From Candidatus Latescibacterota bacterium (GTDB lineage: Bacteria; Latescibacterota; UBA2968; UBA8231): 64,000 nt of DNA. The stretch covers positions 3,968,001 to 4,032,000 of the forward strand of contig OZ242005.1 in assembly GCA_965204725.1 (NCBI GenBank). Direction: 5' to 3'. A program made the position numbers and the translations under genes. The notes beneath the pieces are model-generated. The model worked only from the letters and a program-made list of their open reading frames with translations, did no database searches and was not told where the DNA came from. This document shows, one piece after another, positions 57,018-64,000 of this stretch. Each line of letters starts with the position of its first letter. Position 1 is the stretch's first letter.

Positions 57018-58775
57018 ATGAGCCATCTAAATCCCCGCGCCATCGCCATTGACCAGCCCATGCCCCCGCCCGCTTGGGCGCTGCTCGAATGGGAATTGAT
57101 TCGGGCGCAGACGAGAGGATGCACGGAATTTTTCGCCAAGTACTTTGACGAGCGGGGATATTTGGAGTGCATTCCGCGCTGGGGTGGCAACGACGGGCCG
57201 GACGACGCCATCGAGAACCTAGTCCACTGGCCAGTGCTCTATGTGCTGGGAGGTGGGGGCCATCTGTACGATATGTGCCAGTTGGCTTGGGAGGGGCATC
57301 TCAAGCAATACACCGAGGCCAAGACCACGGAGGTGCCCTTTGCCCGAGACGGGATGTACTACCGCGAATTTCCGGTGATGTTCGACTGGGTCCACAACGG
57401 CGAGGGGCTGACGACGTTCAACCTACACGGGTTGATGAACCCACGCGAGCGGGCATTTGAGCAGCGAGTGCGGCGCTACGCCGGATTTTACATGGGACGC
57501 GACCCTCAGGCACCCAACTACGATCCCGAACACAAAATCATCAAGAGCCTGTTCAACGGCAGCCGCGGGCCGCTGCTGCGCCAAGCAACAGCACTCGACT
57601 GGGCCGGCGACCCGCTCGACGAGGTTGAAGAGCGCTTTATACCCCTGCACGGGGAGCGCACCTTCGAGGAGATGCTGGCCCACTTCAAAGACTACACCGA
57701 CATCGTCGGCGACCATCCGCAGAACATGGTGGCGACGGCATTAGGGCTGAACGCATACGCGCTGACGGGCGAGGCCCCGTACAAAGACTGGGTGCTCGAA
57801 TACGTCGAAGCGTGGCGGCAGCGGACGCTGGCCAACGACGGAATCATCCCCACCAATATCGGACTCGACGGGACCATCGGCGGCGAGTGCAACGGCAAGT
57901 GGTACGGGGGGTGTTACGGCTGGGCCTTTACGGTTGAGGTCCCCCAGACCGGCAAACTAGCCAGCCGCAACACGCACGGGCTGGGGATTTCGGGCTTTGG
58001 CAACGCGCTGTTGCTGTCGGGCGAGCAGAAATTCGTCGATGTGTGGCGGCTTATGATCGACAAGATCAACGCCAACGGGAAAGAAATCAACGGGCTTATG
58101 ATGTACCCGCAGATGTACGGAGACGAGGGCTGGTACGAATTTCGACCGGGCCGCTATGCCCAAGGAGCGCAAGAGGTGTACTACTGGTCAATGGACCGGG
58201 CCGATCTGAGCCGACTCGATACAGACAGCGGCTGGTTCGGCTTCTTGGAGGGACGCGACCCCACCTATCCAGAAGCGGCTCTACGGGCCGACTTTGCCCG
58301 CCTCCGCGAGCAGATGGACAAGGTGCGCCGGGATCCAACCACACCGGACACCCGGCTTTCGGACAATCCCAACCCATTCAACCCGGCCATTCCGGGCGGG
58401 CTAACCCAGCTCATGTTGGGCGGGCTGACGCCGCGTCACGGCTCGCCGCTGCACTGCCGGGTGCGCTACTTCGACCCGCAGGCCGGGCGATCGGGGATGC
58501 CCGAGGGGGTGGGGGCGTTGGTGGAGCGGCTAGGCGCGGACTCCATGACGCTGACGCTGGTAAATACAGACCCGGTGGCGGGGCGCGAGGTAATCGTGCA
58601 GGGCGGCGCCTATGCCGAGCACCAGTTTACGAGTGTGCGCGTGGGGGGAAAAGAAACCGCGATAGATGATTCGGCCTTTGCCGTGGAGCTAGCGCCGGGG
58701 GCCGGGGAGACTTTGGAGATTGGGATGCGGCGATATGCCAATGGGCCGACGTTTGCGTTCCCGTGGGATCGGTGA
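57018..58775 (+). CDS. Conserved hypothetical protein, probable alpha/alpha-barrel enzyme
   Basis: ATG 57018 with AAGGAG; long ORF with typical codon use; DGPDD, DWVHNGE motifs; function unknown. Confidence 0.7.
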   Translation: MSHLNPRAIAIDQPMPPPAWALLEWELIRAQTRGCTEFFAKYFDERGYLECIPRWGGNDGPDDAIENLVHWPVLYVLGGGGHLYDMCQLAWEGHLKQYTEAKTTEVPFARDGMYYREFPVMFDWVHNGEGLTTFNLHGLMNPRERAFEQRVRRYAGFYMGRDPQAPNYDPEHKIIKSLFNGSRGPLLRQATALDWAGDPLDEVEERFIPLHGERTFEEMLAHFKDYTDIVGDHPQNMVATALGLNAYALTGEAPYKDWVLEYVEAWRQRTLANDGIIPTNIGLDGTIGGECNGKWYGGCYGWAFTVEVPQTGKLASRNTHGLGISGFGNALLLSGEQKFVDVWRLMIDKINANGKEINGLMMYPQMYGDEGWYEFRPGRYAQGAQEVYYWSMDRADLSRLDTDSGWFGFLEGRDPTYPEAALRADFARLREQMDKVRRDPTTPDTRLSDNPNPFNPAIPGGLTQLMLGGLTPRHGSPLHCRVRYFDPQAGRSGMPEGVGALVERLGADSMTLTLVNTDPVAGREVIVQGGAYAEHQFTSVRVGGKETAIDDSAFAVELAPGAGETLEIGMRRYANGPTFAFPWDR

Positions 58776-58792
58776 ACGCTACGTGGCTACTC

Positions 58793-58938
58793 ATATAGCA
58801 GTCCTAAATGACTCGAAAGCATGGAATGTCGATCGGCACCGTTTTTTGCATACAAAGCGTCATTCCCGCAAAAGAACGTCACCCCGTGCCCCGACACGGG
58901 GCGGGAATCCAGTCTTGAAGGGTGTAGGATTGCTATAT
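58793..58938. mobile_element. 146-bp MITE-like element containing a nested REP-like repeat
   Basis: Terminal inverted repeats ATATAGCAGTCCTA / TAGGATTGCTATAT (13 of 14 match) with TA ends; no ORF. Confidence 0.6.
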
Positions 58939-58945
58939 CATAAGC

Positions 58946-60493
58946 CTATTGGTTGCGCCAATCGCTTATCTTGTCCTCCAAGTCATTGACAAATTCAATG
59001 ATTTCGCCACCATCTTTTGTGTTTTGACGTGCGACGAGACGCGCTACTTCGGTTATCTCTTTCTGCAACCGTTCCGCCAAAAACCGCAACTGCTCCTTTT
59101 GACGTTCTGATTCCGCTGCGGTCGTTCCGGCCATTATCGCTTGGGCCTCCTGCATGGCCTTTTCCAACTGCGTCTGACCAATAGCCAGCAATCCGCCGTA
59201 TTTTGCGGTATCTCTTGCGATCGTGTCCCACAACCACTTCTCTGGGCAAAATTCGCCCGGCAGAAAGAGTAGCTGCACTTTTACATTATCTGCATCTGCG
59301 GCTTGCTCAATCGGCCTGATCATGTCTCTCCCATCGCCATCGAGCACAAAGATAAAGTCTTGCAATTGTTGGATTCGTGCCAATGTCCGCACATGAGCAG
59401 GAAATTCATTCTTGCCAGTGTTTTTGCCGATAAACAAATCTTCGGGACGCAGATTAATTTTCTCACTGAGCGCGTCCACAACGCCCCTAATAATAAATTC
59501 TGCAACATCGTCCTCACATAGTACTGATAGCTTGTCCTTGGATTGCCCGTACATTGCTTTCTGTAAAATATCCCTCATTGGCGATTCAACTCTTACATCA
59601 TGTTTGTTATCCCGGGTTAGAAAAACTCGTCCTTCGAGCGGTACACTTTCCAACACCACTGGGCTATGGGTGGTCACTATAATCTGGAGTTTTTCTCGCA
59701 GTGATAATCTTTGTAGGTGTAACATGAGCTGCTTTTGAATGTATGGATGCAAGCCCGTCTCCACTTCATCGATCAAAACTAGCGCATTATTTAGGGAAGA
59801 AACTTCTATCGACAGCCGCAAAATTGATCGCTCTCCCGATGCCATGTGGAACTCTGAGTAAGCACTGTTATTTTTTAATTCTGCAAGCAATAAATCGCCC
59901 CGCCCTTGGCTCTTCTTGGCTTGTTGTACACTTTGATAATCAAAGGGAAGGGTCCGCTTTGCCAACACTAATAGACCGGGATTTACATTGTCAATTATGG
60001 GGTCGCGTCGCTTAATTTGCAGCATACTTCTAACCTCAGAGGGATTTGTAAAATTGGCTAATGTTCGCAAATACACCTTCCGTTCCGGCTGCGTTGCACC
60101 TTTACGACCAAAAAAACTTCTATTCCATGCCTTTCCTCGCCGCCACACCATGTTCATGCGCCGACCATTGTCTATATAGGCGTATTCCAATTCTGTTTTA
60201 TCCATTGAATCCATCTTTCCTATCGTGAAATTGGGAAATAATGTCGTCGGTACGTACTCTTTATTACTTGCGCCCGGCACTTTATATGCACAAGCACAAC
60301 CAAATAATACAGTGGATTTACCACAGGCGTTTTCACCAGCCAGCACCGTAACTGGAAATTCCAGAGGAACCCGCAAGTTGGTGATACCTCGCATATTTCG
60401 GATAGTAATCTCTTCCAGAAATGTTTGCCGGTGAGGTTTGTCTCCCCGCAATTGATCCCAAACTCTCTTCAATTCATTGTCAATTATTGACAT
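58946..60493 (-). CDS. ABC-type ATPase fused to TOPRIM-like domain (OLD-family-like ATP-dependent nuclease), candidate defence gene
   Basis: Walker A GENACGKST, HMASGE signature, LIDEVETGLHP, TTHS; TOPRIM-like LCEDD and LDGD; visibly AT-richer than flanks. Confidence 0.78.
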   Translation of the reverse strand: MSIIDNELKRVWDQLRGDKPHRQTFLEEITIRNMRGITNLRVPLEFPVTVLAGENACGKSTVLFGCACAYKVPGASNKEYVPTTLFPNFTIGKMDSMDKTELEYAYIDNGRRMNMVWRRGKAWNRSFFGRKGATQPERKVYLRTLANFTNPSEVRSMLQIKRRDPIIDNVNPGLLVLAKRTLPFDYQSVQQAKKSQGRGDLLLAELKNNSAYSEFHMASGERSILRLSIEVSSLNNALVLIDEVETGLHPYIQKQLMLHLQRLSLREKLQIIVTTHSPVVLESVPLEGRVFLTRDNKHDVRVESPMRDILQKAMYGQSKDKLSVLCEDDVAEFIIRGVVDALSEKINLRPEDLFIGKNTGKNEFPAHVRTLARIQQLQDFIFVLDGDGRDMIRPIEQAADADNVKVQLLFLPGEFCPEKWLWDTIARDTAKYGGLLAIGQTQLEKAMQEAQAIMAGTTAAESERQKEQLRFLAERLQKEITEVARLVARQNTKDGGEIIEFVNDLEDKISDWRNQ

Positions 60494-60687
60494 CCTCGAC
60501 TCCTTATCTCATCCGAGAAATCTACCAGCGGTATGGACAATATAAAAAACTACTTGGCTCTTTCAAAGGGAGTAAATTCGTCGTATTATTGTGAGAAAAC
60601 AGCCTAGAGAGGGATGCAATGGACTTAGAGTCCCTATCAACACCCGAGGACGAAATTCCGCGGAACGCGGGCGGCTTGCAGCCCTTC

Positions 60688-62901
60688 ATGCCCTATTTAC
60701 TGTCCTTTTTACTTACGCTTTCGGCTAGCTACGCCGTCGCGCTCTCGCCACAGGAAAGCCATCGGCAAATGGTGGCTTTCCTGGCGGAGGTTCGCGCCCA
60801 CAATCTCGACGACAACCCCTATCAGGGCGAAGGTCCAGTACGACAGTTAGAAGCCCAGCTACAGGCACTGCCCGAAGCAGCCCCCATCCAAGAGCGAATT
60901 CGCCTCCGTTTTCGCCTCGGGCTAGCCGAACTTTTCTTGGGACAAGAACGCCGCGCCCTAGACCATCTCGCCGCGGCCAAAGCCTTGCTCACCGGCCAGC
61001 ACTCGGTCCCCTCTCAGGTCGTCAACGAGATACACTTTCGCCTCGGGCTGGCGTGGCTGCGCTTGGGGGAAACCCAAAACTGCGTCCTCAACCCCAACGC
61101 CGACCACTGCATCCTGCCCATTCGCCCCGGCGGCGTCCATACCCTTCCCGAAGGGTCGCGCCGAGCCATCCCCTATTTCCAAGCCGTGCTCGATAATACC
61201 GCCGCCGAGGAGTGCTTGTACCTAAGTGCCCGCTGGCTGCTCAACATCGCCTATATGACCTTGGGGCAGTATCCCGAGGCGGTGCCGCCCGCTCATCGGA
61301 TTCCCCCCCAAGCCTTTGCGTCCCAAGCCGCGTTCCCGCGTTGGGTCAATGTGGCTCCTGCGCTTGGGCTGGACACCTTCAGCCTCTCTGGTGGGGCCGT
61401 GGCCGACGACTTCGATGGCGACGGATACCTCGATTTCTTCGTCTCGACATCGGACTTGGCCGGACCACTGCGCTTTTTCCGCAACGGGGGGGACGGCACC
61501 TTTGAGGACCGGACCGAGGCGGCCAACCTCAACGGGCTGCTGGGGGGACTCAACTTGGTGCAAGCCGACTACGACAACGACGGCCATCTCGACCTGCTCG
61601 TCTTGCGCGGGGCTTGGTTCGGTGAACACGGCCAGCACCCCAATTCGCTGTTGCGGAATGCGGGCGATGGCACCTTCCTCGATGCGACCTTTGCCGCCGG
61701 TTTGGGGCAAGACCACTACCCAACTCAAACCGCCGCCTGGGGCGACTACGATCTCGATGGCGACCTCGACCTCTACATCGGCAACGAAACCACCGACACC
61801 TATGTAGCCCCCGGCCAACTCTTTCAAAACCAAGGCGATGGCACCTTCGCCGATGTGGCCCCCGACGCCGGTGTTGACCAATACGCCCACGCCAAGGCCG
61901 TCGTCTGGGGCGACTACGACGGGGACCGCTGGCCCGATCTGTACGTGTCCAACCTCGGCCAGCCCAACCGACTCTACCGCAACCAAGGCGACGGCACCTT
62001 TGCCGATGTGGCCCCCGACGCCGGCGTCGTCGCCCCTCGCGCCAGCTTCCCGGCTTGGTTTTGGGACTTTGACAACGACGGCCACCTCGACCTGTTCGTG
62101 GCCGCCTACGCGGCTACCGTCGCCGACATCGCCGCCGCGTATATGGGCCAGCCAGTGTCCGTGGAGAAGGCGCGGCTGTATCGCGGCGATGGCCAAGGCG
62201 GCTTTGCGGAGGTGTCCCAAGGCCGCCACCTCGCGCAGCCGACTAAGCCGATGGGGGCCAATTTTGGCGACGTGGATAGCGACGGGTTTTTGGATTTCTA
62301 CTTGGGCACTGGCGATACCGATTACGCCGAGTTGATGCCCAATGTGCTGTATTGGAACCAAGCGGGTCAGCACTTTGTCGATGTGACGTTTGCCAGCGGA
62401 TTGGGGCATTTGCAGAAGGGGCATGGGGTCGTGTTCGCCGATGTGGACCACGACGGCGATTTAGACCTATTTGAGCAGATGGGCGGGGCCTATCGCGGCG
62501 ACGGATTCGCCGATGTGCTATACGAGAACCCAGGGTTTGGTCGCGGCTGGCTAGCAGTTGAGGTCGTCGGGGTGGAGTCGAATCGGTCGGGGATCGGGAC
62601 GCAGCTACGGGTAGATGTGGTGGAGGGCGGCCAAAGGCGGTCGCTGTACCGCTGGGTGGGCAGCGGCGGCAGCTTTGGCGGCAATCCGCTGCGTCAATAT
62701 GTAGGGTTGGGTTCAGCGGAACGGGTGGCGCAGCTAGCGGTTTTTTGGCCGAAAAGCGGCCTAGAGCAGGCGTTTGCTGAAGTGCCATTAAACGCAATCA
62801 TCCGAGTCACCGAGGGACGAGACCAACTGGAGATTTTAGCGTTGCCCTCTTTTAGGTTCAACGTCGAACATTCAAAACGAGCCGAACACCATCTACACTA
62901 A
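60688..62901 (+). CDS. Secreted TPR plus FG-GAP repeat protein with C-terminal ASPIC/UnbV domain (CRTAC1-like)
   Basis: Multiple DxDxDGxxD repeats, NRSGIG, GLGSA; signal peptide from MPYLL (ORF track start 60619). Confidence 0.85.
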   Translation: MPYLLSFLLTLSASYAVALSPQESHRQMVAFLAEVRAHNLDDNPYQGEGPVRQLEAQLQALPEAAPIQERIRLRFRLGLAELFLGQERRALDHLAAAKALLTGQHSVPSQVVNEIHFRLGLAWLRLGETQNCVLNPNADHCILPIRPGGVHTLPEGSRRAIPYFQAVLDNTAAEECLYLSARWLLNIAYMTLGQYPEAVPPAHRIPPQAFASQAAFPRWVNVAPALGLDTFSLSGGAVADDFDGDGYLDFFVSTSDLAGPLRFFRNGGDGTFEDRTEAANLNGLLGGLNLVQADYDNDGHLDLLVLRGAWFGEHGQHPNSLLRNAGDGTFLDATFAAGLGQDHYPTQTAAWGDYDLDGDLDLYIGNETTDTYVAPGQLFQNQGDGTFADVAPDAGVDQYAHAKAVVWGDYDGDRWPDLYVSNLGQPNRLYRNQGDGTFADVAPDAGVVAPRASFPAWFWDFDNDGHLDLFVAAYAATVADIAAAYMGQPVSVEKARLYRGDGQGGFAEVSQGRHLAQPTKPMGANFGDVDSDGFLDFYLGTGDTDYAELMPNVLYWNQAGQHFVDVTFASGLGHLQKGHGVVFADVDHDGDLDLFEQMGGAYRGDGFADVLYENPGFGRGWLAVEVVGVESNRSGIGTQLRVDVVEGGQRRSLYRWVGSGGSFGGNPLRQYVGLGSAERVAQLAVFWPKSGLEQAFAEVPLNAIIRVTEGRDQLEILALPSFRFNVEHSKRAEHHLH

Positions 62902-62912
62902 CTGAAACGAGC

Positions 62913-64000
62913 TTAAGGCGCGCACTCGACCTGCACCGCAATGATGTCTAGATCGTGGTATTTCTGGTGACGCACCGAAGAGGCGTAGTGCCGCAGCAGG
63001 CGGAACGAAATCTCGCTTTCGTCTATTATCTCGGGCTGTTCGCTCAGGAACGCCAGCCGGTCTTCGAGATTTTCCCCCGCGGCCGCGGCTAAAAACTCCA
63101 ACTCGACCGCCCCTTCGGTGGGCCGGGCGGTGAGGATCAAGTGCCGACCATTCGCGGACGCATCGTCCCCCGCCTGTTGTACCAGAATCGCCAAGGTCTC
63201 TTCTCCTGTGGCGCACAGCCGCTCGGTCGCCGGACCGTCCCAGCCGACTTTTGCGGCAACGGCGCGGAGGAACTCGTCAATTTTGGGCATTGACGGAACG
63301 GCTAACTCAACCTCTAGGCGTCGGCGGCGCGCAGCCGTCAGCTCCATGAATGCGGTCAACACAATCGCCGTAAGACAACCAGCGGTCATGCCGTTGCCGA
63401 GCAGGGTGCCCCACGTCCCGCCCAGCAAGTCGGCGAAAATTACCTGATTCTGGAAGCCTACGCCCAGCCAGAACGACAGCCCGACCACCACGGCCTTGCG
63501 GTGATTGATCCCGTCCTCAACGACCAGTTTCATGCCTTGTACGAAAAGCAGGCCTATTAGCAGGGTGACATAGGCCGCACCTACGGGATTGGGAATGGCG
63601 ATCAGGAGGGCTGTCACCTTGGGCGACAAGGCCAGTACCGCAAAGATGACCCCGACATACACCCCGACGCGCCGCGCGGCGACCCCGGTGAGTTCGGCGA
63701 GCGATATACTACTAGAGTAGGTCGTATTGGGGGGCGTCCCAATCAGCCCGGACAACAGGTTGCCCATTCCATCGGCGTTGAGAGCACCTTGGACCAAGCG
63801 GAAATCCGTGGCCCGTGGCCGACGCCGCGAGACCCGCTGGATGGCAACGCCGTCGCCAATGGTCTCGATCGCGCCGACCATGGTAACGACCACAAACGCC
63901 GGCAGCAGCGCCCAGAACTCTGCACTGAACGTCAGGTCCAACCCCGGCCACGCGCTAGTGGGAAAGCCGATCCAAGGTGCTTCGATTACGGGCTGAATGT
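62913..64000 (-). CDS. NCS2 (xanthine/uracil) permease with extra C-terminal soluble domain (5' end outside window)
   Basis: ETIGD, ADGMGNLL, PNTTYSS, GVAARRVG, SPKV; C-terminal domain of about 140 aa. Confidence 0.85.
   Translation of the reverse strand, partial: IQPVIEAPWIGFPTSAWPGLDLTFSAEFWALLPAFVVVTMVGAIETIGDGVAIQRVSRRRPRATDFRLVQGALNADGMGNLLSGLIGTPPNTTYSSSISLAELTGVAARRVGVYVGVIFAVLALSPKVTALLIAIPNPVGAAYVTLLIGLLFVQGMKLVVEDGINHRKAVVVGLSFWLGVGFQNQVIFADLLGGTWGTLLGNGMTAGCLTAIVLTAFMELTAARRRRLEVELAVPSMPKIDEFLRAVAAKVGWDGPATERLCATGEETLAILVQQAGDDASANGRHLILTARPTEGAVELEFLAAAAGENLEDRLAFLSEQPEIIDESEISFRLLRHYASSVRHQKYHDLDIIAVQVECAP

Noticed and set aside
61222-62451. 409-aa antisense ORF and a 45-bp direct repeat near 61828 and 61981
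   Set aside because: Shadow ORF; the repeat is an ordinary FG-GAP coding repeat
1-64000. tRNA, rRNA, integrase or transposase genes
   Set aside because: None recognised by eye; tRNAscan-SE and Infernal would be needed to exclude small RNAs

Overview
GC-rich bacterial chromosomal segment. Its gene content (several PhyH dioxygenases, FlgD-Ig-tailed secreted proteins, a DUF6785-type transporter, an FG-GAP/ASPIC protein, an AAA-PD(D/E)XK protein) suggests an uncultured Latescibacterota/Poribacteria-like organism, possibly a sponge symbiont; this is inference. The main discovery is at about 1-16.9 kb: a tightly coupled minus-strand gene cluster that looks like an uncharacterised RiPP/acyl-carrier-protein hybrid system. 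It encodes a 65-aa precursor (CLI_3235-like MKxLxKK...VxAY leader, acidic Trp/Tyr/Cys core), an S8 protease fused to a DUF1611/TIGR04066-like P-loop domain, an ACP, a BtrH-like Cys-His-Asp protein, a CxxC redoxin, two rhodaneses, a 6-bladed propeller, an ABC exporter and a two-subunit RND pump. Two duplicated promoters each carry a pair of 18-bp palindromes next to a NarL-type two-component system, and 14263-14930 looks like a collapsed duplicate of the operon. The cluster runs off the left edge, and no radical SAM enzyme or acyl ligase is visible in the window. The rest contains a mocA/coxGSLM (form II-like) molybdoenzyme locus, hemB, pyrD, a MetE-like protein, degenerate or chimeric toxin-antitoxin modules, tandem metalloproteases with near-identical 3' ends, catabolic oxidoreductases, a lower-GC ATPase-TOPRIM gene, MITE/REP-like repeats and a truncated NCS2 permease fusion. 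No rRNA, tRNA or CRISPR array was seen. All family assignments come from motif recognition by eye, not from database searches.
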